A DNA stretch of 64,000 nt from Monocercomonoides exilis PA203 (GCA_001643675.2 LSRY02000022.1:1178001-1242000); one strand, 5' to 3'. Positions 1 to 13,800 are shown, numbered from the stretch's first letter. Notes: generated from the letters alone by a model not told the origin. Translations and numbers: made by a program.

Positions 1-1318
1 GCATGGTTGGGATGATGAAGGAGACAGCAGAGCCGGCGGTGGAGCCGATGATGTCGAACACGAAGGAGACAGAAGGAAGGAGGATGGCAAGCAGACAGGA
101 GAGGGCGACGATGCAGGAGGCGGTGATGGCGGTGGCGAGGGACATTTTGGAGAGGTGGCGGCCGCAACAGAGGTAGTTGTGGCGCCATTTTTCAGGGAAC
201 AAGGAAGGGATGGAGCGGTGTGAGTACATCGTCTTCGTGCGCTTGCCGAACTTGGTGAGGTCGATGATGACGCGGACGATGTTGAAGAGCACTGTGCGCG
301 TGGGCACCAGGATGAGCGGGTGTGAGAAAATAATCACGATCAGCGTCGCTATCCGCCCCACAATCAGAACAGGGTCGCCGTCGCCGAACAGCGTGAGGAT
401 GTTTCCAGGCGACTTCGCACTGAAAAAGAGGTCGGTGAACTGCACGTAGCCGAAGATGGCGCATCCGAGATAGATCACAGACACCACGCAGAACGCAGCG
501 ATGACCACTTTCTTCATCGTGGATGGGCTCTTGTTCTTGATCTCGGCCTGCACAAGAGGGATGTTCTGTTGGCACCCGAATGCAAAGCAGAGTGTGGAAA
601 ATGTCTGGATGATGGTGATAGAGGGATGCACCAGCTCAACTGGTCCGTGCTCTGCAACTTCTTTGAAAGGTGCGAAATTCCGCACAATGACAAGCACAAC
701 ACACAGAGTCATTGCTACAATGGCAAATGAAGAAAGCGTGCTGAGTGAATCCAATCGTCTAAACCAACCCAATGGTTGGAATATGACACCTGCTATTAAA
801 ATAGATATCAACCATCGCTCTACCATTACGCTGTCGGGTGACACTCCAAATCCAAGTAGTAGTGAAATGAGAAAGTCTGTTGAAAGAATTGTGTATGACC
901 ATAACACTCCAAAGCATTTGATGAATGTACAAATCGCAATTGCAAGGATGCCAGGCACTCCAAAGAGTATGCCAGCCATCTAGAGAATTAAAATGATGTT
1001 CAATCCAAATTCAAACACATGAGATAAAACAAAAATTAATTAAATTCTTTAAAAAAAAGAAAAACAAACATCTCCAAATGAATAAACTCCAATTGCATCA
1101 GCAACTTCAATTAAATAACACAAGCAAATATAAGATATTATAAGCATGAAGATATAGATCAGCATAGCAGGAAGCATTCCTGCCTTTGCAAAAGCAAAAG
1201 GTAAGCCAAGAGTTCCAGCTCCAATAATTGTATTACAAATGTTTGTCGTTGCAGCAACAGGATGAGAAGGCTTTTTTTGAGGTATTTGATTTGTGTGTTT
1301 CTGCTGTTTATCGGCCAT
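1..1318 (-). CDS. Transmembrane amino acid transporter (Aa_trans/AAAP, SLC38-like); runs off the window start
   Basis: Exon 1318-1070 has NTIIGAGTLGLPFAF. GT..AG intron 1069-980. Exon 979-1 is open, with FAFGCQQNIP, IFGYVQF, GNIL and VFDIIGSTAGSAVSFIIP motifs and many TM helices. Confidence 0.9.
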
Positions 1319-2021
1319 TACTCAAAAACAGTAACAGTTATATACCAAGTCACAAATGTGTAATAATGATTATAAACATTGAAAGTGAATAAAAATTTAC
1401 AACAAAAAATATGAGCAATGACGTACAATTGCTAAATTCACCAGCTGAAATTTTGCTTTGGGGAAATATGAAGTGTTCTTTGGACCGATACTGATCAAGG
1501 GATATGTTACGGGTCGGAGATGGAAAAATGATGAATTAATTTATATAAGCAACTGTGGAACATTATTCATCTCTTTATCGTTTAACCGATAATGTGATCT
1601 TGATGCAAACCATATTGCATTAAATCAGATTATTAATGACATTTTTCTAATCAACAAAATATCAAGCGCATCTTCCTTTAATGTATATTTATGTTTTAAA
1701 AAAAGTACAAAATGCACATTATTTTACCGAATAATTTTGGTTTTAATTGTAATTTCAACAAAACAAACGATAATAAACTATCATATTTTTTGTAATCACG
1801 AACAATTTCTCCAAAAAGAGATTCGATTTCGAACACATTTACTTTGTGAATAATAAAAATGATATATAATGAAATTTTATAAAAGAATCTAAAGGAATAC
1901 AAAAATAACTTGCCCGTAGCCACAAAGAGGGATGCAAGAGTTGATTGGCAGAAAAGGTGAAAGACTCTCGTTCTCGAAGAAAATACTCCAAAAGAAAAAT
2001 CTAAAAATCTTTACAAAAGTT

Positions 2022-2632
2022 TTAAACTGTAGCGCTGTAGGTGTTGGCTGATGAAGGTGCAGAAGAATATGGAGATGGTTGAGATTGTCCTCCATTTTGA
2101 ATTTCATTTCTGCACAAGAAAGACAACCCGCATGAAGCAACTGAAATCGGAAAGAGTTTAACGATAAAATGAACTAAAATAAATCTTAATGTTAAAAAAT
2201 GCAAACGCTTCAGCACGATCAAAATAACTGACATAATAATCCAATAAACGCGGCCATACAATCCTTTCATCACAACACCTATTTTTATTCAAATAAAATA
2301 AAATAAAATAAAATGTTTCAATAAAATATTTCGTGCAAACCAATGATGATAAGATGGATAATTTGGAAAAATGTGGAAAATCCACAAAGGAGGATGTAGA
2401 ACCAGACTGGTCCACTTGTCTTGTTATTTAATGCATAAAATCCAACAATTGCAATTGCTAGATCTTCCAATGAAAATGTGAAGAAGTTATTGATCATTGA
2501 AAAAACCTTTTAATATCATTCAAACATAAATGTGTTAAAATCTTCGGGAAAATAATTTCATACAACAATCAAAAGGAGAACCAGCAACAAAATTTTGTAA
2601 AGCAAAGTCGATGAAGAGAATTGCGACAACAT
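2022..2632 (-). CDS. Small 4-TM protein, AGTRAP-like (141 aa, 4 exons)
   Basis: Exons 2632-2564, 2506-2341, 2278-2207 and 2140-2022 join through phase-consistent GT..AG introns (426 nt). DLAIAIVGFYAL, FFQIIHLII and MSVILIVLKLASCG resemble AGTRAP motifs. Confidence 0.7.
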
Positions 2633-2860
2633 CTTAAAAGTAAGTTGATCTGCTCTTATAATTTCTATTATTTATGCTTTTTTGAAAAAAACGATGGAAA
2701 GAATTTATTATGTTTAATTTGAATGTTTTTCTTTTGCCCAAAACATATCAACAAGATTCGAAAATTGATGAAAATGAGAAATATATATTGGTTGCTTTGA
2801 TAAACTGTTTTTTGAAGAAAAGGCTTTGAACAGTTTTTTAACACAAATAATCGAGCTATT

Positions 2861-4374
2861 ATGCAAAAACTATCATCATTCGCAGATAATCTTAAATCAA
2901 AATTAACTCATGATGATAAAAGCTCCAAAGATGAATCAAAAAAAATTACTGTTGAAGATACTGAAAAAATAAATGAAAAGAAAAGTCGTGAAGAGCCAAC
3001 TGCTCATATTTCTCAAGACAATGGGAATGAACAAACTTTAGAAGATGAAAATACTAAAATGAACTTTGAATCAGCGTATCAATCAGATTTGAATGAAGTT
3101 CAACAAGAGCAACAAATTTCTCCAAATGATTCGACTAAACAAACAGAAAACGAAAAGAAAAAAGAAAAAGAAGGCTTCTTTTCTTCGTTTAAGCATCGTA
3201 CAATGGATATGGTCGATAGCGCAAGCTCGAAAGTTACGAAAGTTAAAGATTCTGCAATATCAAGTGTAAGCTCAGCTGCAAATAGCGTTGTTCAGGGTAT
3301 TCATAATTATCTTTGTAATCATTTAAATAACTTTTATGCGTTTGTTCAGCTGGCGAAAAGAATTGGAAACGCAATAAGTTGTATTATTGCGTCAGATTTT
3401 TCTTTTTATTCTTTAATTTATTTTCAATTGCTATTGGAGCAACAGTTGTTGTCCTTTCAATTGTTTCGTTTTTAATGAATCCTTATCTCTCGACAATGGG
3501 AACTCGAATGCTAATGTCTGGGATTTCATTAATTACGATGGGAGCGTTCGGAACTGCTTGCTCTTCGATGTGCTGCTGTTGCACTTCGGCAAATGCAGGA
3601 TGCTTGCGAAAGACATTTCTCGCAGCATACTCAGTGGCTTTTGAATTGATTTGTTTTGGAGCTATGTTTGCATTCTTTAATTTATAATTTTTTTTTCTTT
3701 ATCAAGTGCTTTTTTGAATATTCTCAGGTATTTATTCTTTTCAGGCTCATGGAACGAGATGGCCATGCTGGATGGAAACAAGTCATATTTCTTTGGAGTT
3801 GATTTCGAAAGAATAATCCGCGAAGCAAAGCTGATGGACAGTGCCAAAGCAGCAGAAAAGTTGGATATCAACAACATCCTGAGCAAACACTTCATGGTTC
3901 TCAAAGTGGATTCCATCATGTGCATCGTGGGATTTGCGTTTGCAGTGCTGAATGCGATCTCTTCATCATTTTTGCTGAAGCCGGAAAACTTTTTGAAGGT
4001 TTGAGAAGAAATTATTTTTTTATTCTTCTGATAAAAAATTTTTTTCTATTTCTCTCTCTCTCCTTTTTTTTTTTTCAAACCTTATATAACTTAAATATGT
4101 ACTATTTTTAATGCTTTTTTCATTCACGATGTTGCAATTTGAATGTTATAGCAAATGAAATACATCCTCCTGCAGATTACTGTGTTGTGCGGCTCTGAAT
4201 TTATTTTCTTGGGCTCTTTCTTCAAAGTCCTCAGTATGTGTATATTTTTAGCTATTGGATTTTTTTATTGGAAATTGATTCTTTTTCAAAAAAAAAATTT
4301 TTTTTTATTTCTTTGTGTTATTTCTTATCAATGATTCTTCATATCTTTTATTATTATCAAATAATTACATATAT

Positions 4375-4417
<43 letters not shown>

Positions 4418-5866
4418 TTTGAATGTTTTTGCAATTATCATCATCACTTTTTCCTCTCCCCAGCCACTTACTCCATGTTCCACAACAGCTACCTGACTGC
4501 CCTCATCACCGTCGGCTCTGTGGTGGATGTTGGTATGTCTCTATTTTCCATTGTGAAGATGTTCCAGTGCTTCAACCCGATTGCCACGTGTCTGAAGTGG
4601 TCGCGTGTTATCGTCGTGGCCATTGCGGGTGTGGCGTGTCTGGTGATTGGGATATGCATCATTGTGCTGCTGAACACAACAGAAGGAGCACTCACAAGGA
4701 AGGAAGTGGTTAGAATCGAGATCGAGAAGAAAGTGGTGGATGTTTATTATTCCCCCAGTGAGCATGCTGTGGCTGGCAGTTCTTCTTCGATTGCCTCGCT
4801 TTCCTCGCTTTTTGTGCCCATTGCGAATGAAGAAGAAGGAAGCAATGCAACCACGTTGTATCAGCTGGCAGCTGTGCGGAAGGCAAATGAAGAGGAAATG
4901 GTTGTGAAGCCTGAATATGAGAAAGTTCTGGATAACTTCATCAAGAGCTACGGCTGTAATTATCCAGAAATCACTGGGAATGACGAGTTTTGCAACTATC
5001 CTCTTAAATCGATGGTTGATGTTATGACTGACACTTCGTATGATGTTGCGAGAAAACTGGGTATGTGAGCAATGGATAAATAATGTGGGATTAATTGCAT
5101 TTATAGAAAAAATGGGAAATAATATTTTTTTTTATTTTTTTTTAAAAAAAAAAACAAATTATTTTTTGATTATATTGCAATATTAATGATATTTTCTCAT
5201 TCTACGTTACTTTCTCTTTCTCTTTCTCTTTCTCTTTCTCTTTCTCTTTCTCTTTCTCTTTCTCTTTCTCTTTCTCTTTCTCTTTCTCTTTCTCTTTCTC
5301 TTTCTCTTTCCTTTTTTTTCCACCCTCATTATTTGCCAAAACCAGTGTATTCGTGCATGATTCTGTTTGGGTTTATTGTTGTCGCGCTCTTCATCACAGT
5401 GCTGTCTGACTATCTGTTTAAGATATGGTATGCCGTGATTGATGTTGCCCAGGAGCTTGTTGATGGCGAATCTGGAGAGGAAAGAGAAGAACGAGAAGAG
5501 AAGGAAAGAAAGAAAGAGGAAGAGAAGAATAAATCGAAAAAACAGAAGAAGCAAGAAAAGGAGAAAAAGCAGAAGAATCAGAAAAAAGAAAAAGAGGATA
5601 AAAATGAGAAAGATGATAAAAATGAAGAAGAAGAAGAAGAAGAAGAAGAAGAGGGAAAGGATGAAGGCGATAAGGACGGGAGTGAGAAAGCAGAGGGAAT
5701 GGAAGCAGATGAGAATGGAGGAAACGAAGGGACAGATGAAATGGAGGTTGGGGCTGTGGAAGAAAGCGGCGACAGCAACTTGTTAGAAACAAAGCTAAGC
5801 GACAATATTAGCAGTGTTACAGGCCTTCTGAAAGAAGTCAAAAATATCGTTCCAATAAACATATAA
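2861..5866 (+). CDS. Multi-pass membrane protein (~8 TM, tandem tetraspanin-like topology) with charged N- and C-tails, 6 exons
   Basis: Phase-consistent exons 2861-3380, 3446-3665, 3728-3998, 4176-4233, 4464-5060 and 5346-5866. Hydrophobic helices, CCCC after TM2, Cys-bearing loop before the last TM. Confidence 0.7.
4371..4420. repeat. (TTTA)n intronic microsatellite
   Basis: Direct tandem repeat inside intron 4234-4463. Confidence 0.9.
5210..5310. repeat. (TTTCTC)n intronic microsatellite
   Basis: About 16 tandem units inside intron 5061-5345. Confidence 0.95.
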
Positions 5867-7110
5867 GACCATTCAACATGAATTACTACGCTTTTACTCG
5901 ATTCTAAAGCAAAATGAGGCACAGCTAGAAAAGCCAAATTTTTTTAACTTCATTTCAATTTTTTCTATTTGTCTGTTTTCGTTCTTTTTCTTTCAACATC
6001 ATTCAAAACTTTGTTTCTTTTGATTTACGTTTATGTGCTTCGTCTTCCTTATTTTATTCCAAGATTGCATCTTGCTCTCCTTTGATTGGATGCATTTTTT
6101 CTAATCTTTTTGGTTCGTGTTATGTTGTCATTTCCGGAATAGTCTCGGGAATTCTTTTGTAATCGACTTTAATTTTCTTTTCACTTTGAACACCTTTTCT
6201 TTATCAGATATACACGAAAATATTTTCTATGTAGGAATTAATTTGAATTAAGTTTGCTTGAAAAAGAGATGGAGCGTTGTTTATTCTGGTGCGTTAAATG
6301 ACTATTAAATAAAATCAAAGGTACAATGCCAATTGGCGGATATCACTTATTATAATCTGTGAAATTACAGAAAAAAGAATAGCATGTGACAATATTTTTT
6401 TTGTTTTATGAATTCTGTTCCTCACAGTAATTTTTTAAAATTCTTCTCATATTTTTTATTTTTCTTTATTCTTTTTGAAAGAGAATGAAAGATTATTTAA
6501 TGCTTCTAATTCAGAAAAAGTTTGGAACATATTGTTGTTTTTTTCATAAATGCAAAATTTTTACCCAACATATGTTATTTCTCTTAATAACACTTCATTT
6601 GAATATTAGAAAATAGTGTAAATATTATTTGCTCTGTTGAAAATTCAGTTTTATATACAAAAGGTGATGTATGAAAACTATGAAAATAAAGTGTTCTCAA
6701 AGATTTCAAATAACCAAAAATATAAAAAATAAAAGTTTAAAAACAACATCAACAAAAAAAACAATCATGTATGAAAACTCGTGGAAATACAAGCATGACT
6801 TTGATGTTGTTTGAAAAATAAAAAATCTCAAGTATTTTTGAAAAAATGGAAAAGATAAAAAAAAAATTGACATGGAAAAATTTTTTTGGTACAAATTAAA
6901 ATATCACCCAATATAAAAAAGAATAATCAACTGAAATAAAATTAAACAAAATAAAAAATAAAAATAAAACAAATAAATTAAAAATTATCAGCAAATAAAA
7001 AGAATAAGATGATAACACAGGGAAGTACAAAATTTTTTTAGGAAAAGGATAAGGAACATTAAATGAGCAGTTGAAGATACAGAATAAATTCAAAAACATT
7101 TCTAAACAGA

Positions 7111-8421
7111 TCAAAAAACAGCCTTTTTATAACCTTTTGATTTCCTTTTCCTAACAATCACAACAACAACCACAACCACAATAACGGCAACAACAACGAC
7201 CACAATTGGCACAACAATTGCAATGATTTTCAATGTTTTTTTCATTTTGGCCAGATCTTGCTTCACTTTCACGTATTTCTCATACACATCAACTGGGTCT
7301 GATATAAAATCTTTTTTCGCAATAATCCATCCAACAGCTGATTCGTTGTAATCGAATGCAAACTCGATAGCGCCTTCCTGTTCTAAAAATTCTTCTATGT
7401 CTGGTGCAATTATGAATACTGATCTTGAAGTTGTATTGACTGTGTTTGAACTGTCGATATCCAAATTGTGTGCAGCTGGAAGCTTCAGATGAGACATTGT
7501 CTGTTTCATTTCAAGATAAATAGCGCCAGAATATCCGTTTGGTGCGGAGCATGACTTGAATGTGCATTTCCTAGATCTTCCTATGGACACTGTTGATCCT
7601 TCACACTTGCATTCAAGTCTCAAGCCAGCTGTAGTTCCCTTCGCAGTATTCACATTCTGTATATTCAATCCCTCAATTGAAACTTCACTCATGTTTTGAT
7701 AGTGTTTGATTATTTCTAATACTGCACCATCGAGGATGTTTACTTTGCTAATCTCCACACCATTTAATGTCACTTCTTTTGGTTCATTAAAATCAAAAAG
7801 AGGACCAGAAAATGTCATAAATGATGCTTCATCTGTGCACGAAACAGAATTCATTACAATTTTTCCGTTATACGTTTTCACGAGATAATCCGCCACAGGT
7901 TTATTTCCATCACCATTTGAGGTTATTCCTCCTTGCGATTGTGCCCCAACTCTGGCAAATCTGCAGAAGTTAATTGCCAACGATGATCCACTTAATGTTT
8001 CACAAATTAATCCACTCCACTTATGTTCAGTTGCAGAGAATCGGAATGCCAAATACTTGAATTCCACAGGTTTTGTAAAAGAAAATAGTGAATGTTGCAC
8101 AGATACATTACAATCAATTGTAACCTCCGTATTTCCACTTCCATCGCTCTTTGTTCCTTCTATGGTTATTCCTTGATTTTTGCTGAACTCTATTTCCTCT
8201 GCAACAAGTGGAATTTCATCATAAACAACATAGATATTGCATGCATTGTCTCCAAGTAGATTATATGCACTATTCAATGATTTCTTTTCTTGACCGATCG
8301 AAGTTCCACTATTGCTGTTATCTCCGCTTTGCTTAACGTAAACTTCATTTAGTTCTGCTTCATACACTTCTTGCGAACTAATCAATGAAACAGATAAGAA
8401 ATAAGTAAAAACAATAAGCAT
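7111..8421 (-). CDS. Type I membrane surface protein with a single beta-helix-like module and no kinase tail
   Basis: ATG at 8421 gives signal peptide MLIVFTYFLSVSLISS. VYVKQSGDNSNSG, GYSGAIYL and VFIIAPD motifs match modules of the 36-49 kb gene. C-terminal Val-rich TM followed by RKRK. Confidence 0.8.
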   Translation of the reverse strand: MLIVFTYFLSVSLISSQEVYEAELNEVYVKQSGDNSNSGTSIGQEKKSLNSAYNLLGDNACNIYVVYDEIPLVAEEIEFSKNQGITIEGTKSDGSGNTEVTIDCNVSVQHSLFSFTKPVEFKYLAFRFSATEHKWSGLICETLSGSSLAINFCRFARVGAQSQGGITSNGDGNKPVADYLVKTYNGKIVMNSVSCTDEASFMTFSGPLFDFNEPKEVTLNGVEISKVNILDGAVLEIIKHYQNMSEVSIEGLNIQNVNTAKGTTAGLRLECKCEGSTVSIGRSRKCTFKSCSAPNGYSGAIYLEMKQTMSHLKLPAAHNLDIDSSNTVNTTSRSVFIIAPDIEEFLEQEGAIEFAFDYNESAVGWIIAKKDFISDPVDVYEKYVKVKQDLAKMKKTLKIIAIVVPIVVVVVAVIVVVVVVVIVRKRKSKGYKKAVF

Positions 8422-8857
8422 TCTTCCTGCTATTCGCTTTTTTGTTTCACAACAGATCGATAAATCCTTTATACAAATACAAACGGCATCCAATTGAGCT
8501 TTTTTTCAAATGGAAGACCAACTTAAAAATGTTATAAAAAAACAAAGGAAAGTGGGCAGATAACGGTAGGCCTTTGCGACACACTGACTTTGTCAAACGG
8601 AAACGACAATCCGACCGACAGGGACGTTCATAACTCTTTTGAGACTTTTCAATTTGGAAAATTTTAAAAATTGGAAAATATTTAATTTCAAATATTTTTT
8701 TAACTCCATTTATTTTGAGAATTTTAAAAATGAATAATAAAACATGAAAATGCAAAAAGAATTTTTTTGTTGTCAAATCGACAGATCTTTTCGACTTGAT
8801 CATGTCTTGATCAGTCTGTCTGTCAAGATCAGTCGGTTTGTCGAGATCATTTGAAAA

Positions 8858-11845
8858 ATGAGTGAAATGAATCTAAACGACTTTATTAAAGAATTGCCGA
8901 TAGAATTACAAAGATGCTTGTCAGCGAAAAATATTGTTTGGCAATTTTATTTTATCCCAGCATGTATAATTATTTATTTTTTAAAAATAATTCATCTTTG
9001 TAGCTTGAAGCATTTGAAAGAAAAGTTGAGGAATTAAAAAACAATGATTGCACATTCGTGGAATTAATAAGAACAAAATCTTTCAATGGCGGTAATTGTA
9101 TGTTTCATATTAATTATCACTCAGATTAATTTGCATTTTTCTGCTTTAAAACAAGTCTACAAGCACCCAAACAATACTGGAGAAGAAATTGGTAAAATTC
9201 ACTTTGAAACTTTCGATGGAAAGCTTTGGTTGGCATATACTCCTGTCAAGATGGATGGATCATTAAAAAAAGATGGACACATTTATTTCTTGTGTCCAAA
9301 CAGTAAACACGGTATAAATTGTGCCATCTCCGGAAGAAAAGGATGTGACAAAGTTACAAATCATCGATGCGCATTGACGACTACATCTTCTATTTTGCCA
9401 TATTTCAAGTTTCATCCATCTTCAACAAGATTTTCTGAAGTTCCTTCAAAGAAAATAGTTCCAACTCATTTTCAATTTGATTCATTAATTGAACATTTTT
9501 TACATTTAATTGGTCATTGCAATATTGCGTTTCTTTCTGCTTACTCCAATGAATTCAACAAATTTATTTCTTCTTTAATAATCACTTCACAACAAAATCC
9601 AACTCTTTCACCGACAACCATATTTCCTACTCTCACATATCGTAAGCTAACAGCACTTATTCATGAAGAAGGTAAGAAAAGAATTGCCAATAGAAATACA
9701 AAAATATTCAATTCAATGGTTGGCGTAATGATGGATGGAGGTGTTGTAGCAGGAAAAAAATACACTGTCATCACTATTGTTCCGTTACAGACAAAGGCAT
9801 CTCCATTTTTCTGGAAAATTGAAAAGGCGTGCTTCACAACTTCCGATTATTTTCATCTTGCAAATGAAATTATAACAGAAATAGCTGACTTGAAAGGAGA
9901 GGTGCGCTGTTTTTGTACGGACGGCTTGCTGCCACAAAAACTTGCAATTCAAAGCTTTGCAGATCAAACAAAGTCGACCTCAATCACAGAAACACGGAAA
10001 AAAATTACTCCTCTATTTGTTTACTGCTGCAACCATTTGATTAATTTAATTGTCACACGCATATTTAAGGATAATTCATTTTTCGTGCAATTAAAAGAAG
10101 AAATAACGTCATTTTCAAAAATTTCCAGAAATGAGTCCACAAAAAATCCATTTTTACCGAAATGCCCTTCGTTCATTGAATCAAGATGGCTATGTCTTTT
10201 TGACATATGTTTTTTTATGACAAAAAATATACACAATATCTCATTTACAGACTATTTCTGCAAAGTCAAAATAGATGACGTGATCCGATGTGAATTATTA
10301 CTAATTCCTCTGAAACAACTGCAATTGTTCTTTGAAAAAGACGACACAAAGCTTGGAGATGTGTTTCCAATTATCCTTAAATCCATTGCGCAATACATGT
10401 GGTTGCAAGATCTTGAGGAATTTTCTTCCCCTGATTGGCAATATGGAGTTTGCTTTATTGTAATCCAACTGTTCAATTCATTTTTGGGGAAAGAACGAGG
10501 AGATCAAATCGCTTTGGCTCATTCCTTAACTCCAATTGGAATCCTTGACTACAGAAACGGTTTGTTCTCAAAGTCTTATTCGACAGAGTTAATGACATTG
10601 AAAGAAAAATACAGATCTTTTAAATGTTCATCAATGTTTTCAAAGGATTCAGATCAAACTCAAATTCAAAGGATGCGTTGGGATTCATCTATTCAATCTA
10701 TAAAAGATATAATGCCAAGTGACTCCGTCTTTATTTGTCCTTCTAAAGAAGTTCCAAATACTACTTCTTCAAAGAATCAACAGAAAAAGTTACGAACACT
10801 TTCTCATGTAATGGAAGATAAAACCAGCGAAAATGAATTTTTATCAGACAAACAATATGCGCTTTCATTTTATTCGAAGAATGAAAAAATAAATTTTCCA
10901 ACAAATTTTCCTCACCCAATATTCTCTTCTCCATTATCAGTTGAGACTTTTTATTCTGCTCTTCAGTTTATAAGCCCAGAAAAAGACAGAAAAGCAGAAG
11001 CAATTACCGAAACACAAGTTCAACTTCCGCCGCTTCCAAAAGATTTGCACTCTATTTCATCAACTTCACCAACCAACTCACCAAATAACAGTTTGCTCCA
11101 TTTATTTGCTCTTTTGATAGAAAACACACTTATCGAAAAAGAAGTTATTACTAATGAAGAAGATATTTTTGGGGAAATAGATTTTGATGAAACAGGCATT
11201 ATTCAAGCAGAAAACGATTCGGCGGATGATGAATATGATGAAGGATCTAACATTTCTGAACGTGGCGAACAGGAATTATCAATTTATGAAACAAGAAATA
11301 AACACTCACATATTGAAGAAAGTGATTCACAATCAAATTCAAACGAAAAAAAGGAAGATAAATGTTCAGATAATGAAAAAAGCCTTTCAAAAGATGAAAA
11401 TGATGTTGAAGAACTCGGCGTGAATGAATTTATTATCACAGACTGCATGAAGACAACAGAACAAATAAAGAAAGCACTTTCAAAAATCCAACAATCTATT
11501 TGCATGGACTGGTTTCTCCGATTGAAGTTAGCTTTCAATGATTATTTGTCCAAAATTTCTTGTTTGAAAGCTTCAAGTCATATTGAGAGCATTAGAGCTT
11601 TATTTTCATCAATGTTGCTGGATAATGCTCAAAACGTGGATCGCACTAATACTCATATTTTCTATTCTGAAATTTCAAAGCAAGGAACAATATCAACAAT
11701 TTTTGCAAACATTTGTTATTCGTTGACGATGTTTCCGTGCAGCGAAGCATCTTGTGAAAGAATTTTCTCTCGCTTGAGACGAATTGTTGGAGATAGAAGG
11801 TACTCGCTTGCACCAGAAACGCTCAACGCATTGCTTTTACTGTAG
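8858..11845 (+). CDS. hAT transposase, apparently intact
   Basis: Exons 8858-8935, 9004-9097 (or -9091) and 9156-11845. Motifs VMMDG (D1), CTDG (D2), CCNH (CxxH), SRW, and C-terminal PCSEASCERIFS..RRYSL (E, hATC dimerisation). N-terminal Cys/His cluster. Confidence 0.9.
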
Positions 11846-12735
11846 ATGTTTAGATTTTTTTCAATAAAACATTCAACTGCTATAGCTATCTTTTTGCATT
11901 TCAGTGAAGAATTCTGAATATATTTGAATCCAAATGAAATTTCTTGACAAACAATGAGGTTTGTTGAACAAAGTATGCAATTATAATTTTTCTGAACTGT
12001 TTTTGAAACAAACTTTCGATATTTGTCATTAATAGAAGAATCTTATTGTGAATATGTGGAATTGTGAGTTACAAATACAAGGTTTTTTAAATATTTTTTC
12101 AAATTTCCAATCAACATCTATATTTCAGTGTACAAATATGTTTGTTCTTATTAATTAATTTATCTACTCCGTTTTCAGATGCTTGTAATACACATTGATC
12201 CATTTAACAACGTTCGTTGAACTTTTATATTGTGTTCGAACGTTTTTCATTTTTCAGAATGAAGAGCGATGTTCATAACTGATAATAATCACAATTCAAC
12301 TAATATTTTCTGAGCAATTGAATTTTTTCATATCGCCAATCAAAAGATAGTTTGTTTGCAACAAAAGGGTCTTTTGTTCATCAAGTTTAATTGTTCAAGT
12401 GGATTCAACTTTGAAATAGTGCTTCAATTGTTTATTATAGAATCAACATTTGAGAAATAATTGTTTTTATATGTAAATGATATTAAATAAAGATTCTTAT
12501 TGGAAATCGCGAATAAAAAATATTGAATACAGATGAGTTCAAAAGAAATAATGAAATTTATCTCTATTATTCGATAACTCTCACGAAAAAAGATAATTCA
12601 CATGATATGTTATGTTAATGTGAAGTGAGAATTGTTTTTTTCGTATCAAATAATTATTTTATTATTAAATAAATAAGAAAGCAAGAAAATGTTGAAAAAT
12701 TATCTGAATTGCAGCAAAAAAAAGACAAAACTCCT

Positions 12736-13800
12736 TTAACATTTTGTATAATTATTAAATAACCACACAATCTCAAAGCTGGAAACGACCTCAAGAAGCT
12801 TCAGACAAGTTTCTGATATTTTCTGCCTTTTTCTTGTAGCAATCTTTTTCCGCTTCATGTTCACCTCGTTCTCCCCAAACTGTATCTGCAGCGTCAGGCA
12901 CTCCCACACCATCATCCCAATCGAGAATGCCACCGACTCCTTGGTTGCTCCCATCTTCTTGTTCACCAGCAGCTCTGGTGCCTTCCACCTCAGACACTCT
13001 TTCTTGAAGGCATCCTCATCCTCAAAGGCGGATGAGTGCAGAGAGTCATCATCATCATCGCTGGCAGAAGTCACAACAGTTGATGAGGAGATGGATGAGG
13101 AATCTGAATCATCAGAGGAGCAGTCGGAGTGCATTGCAACACAAATAACCATGTGTTCAGAGAACAACACAATATGAGGACTCAGATTTGTCAGCGACTG
13201 AAGTGGAACCTCACATTCATCAAACGAGTGGAGTGCGAGATTCGCCACCCAGAACAGAATCTGAGCAGCTGTCTGCTCTCTCTCTTGTAAACTTCCAATC
13301 TCCATCTCTTTCTTCTCATTCCTTCCGTGCAGTAGCATGAACAGTGAATCCCTCAAGTCAACAATCAGCTTTTCATGAGGAGATGAACATGCCATGGCAT
13401 CCACCAAGTTCGACATGGATGAAGTGGTTGGGCACAGATCCTCTCCCCGAACAAATGTTGTATCTGTGTCTGAAGTGTATGTTGTTGAAGTGGATGAGAT
13501 GGATGGAGATGGTGTTCGCTTTCTGGACTCTTCCTCTTTCACATCAACATTCTCCAGCATCCATTCTGGAATCTTTTCTGAATCTCTCCCCAGGATGTAT
13601 TCAGTGGAGCCACTTTCAGACAGAAGATGCTCCGATGATTCCGAACGCTGAAGGCTTTTCGCATATACCCTCTTCTTTGCATTCTTTTTATTCTTCTTCT
13701 CTGTCTCCCTCTCCGCTCTTCGTCATTGATCTTCTGGCAACATCTCCATCTTCGCCGTCTCAAACGCTTTTGCATCCTTTTTTACTTCTGTGCTCTCAAC
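12736..13800 (-). pseudogene. Cytoplasmic pseudokinase-tail fragment of the giant receptor family, inside the hAT element
   Basis: Collinear with ~36770-37690; 72/73 aa identical over CPTTSS..HSFDE. No ectodomain or TM. TGA replaces TGG near 13725. 3' end diverged. Confidence 0.85.

Noticed and set aside
1410-1540. Possible C/D snoRNA (CTGA boxes, ATGATGA)
   Set aside because: Boxes are in the wrong order or degenerate, and no rRNA-complementary guide was recognised. The RPS11 intron 1 was also checked without result.
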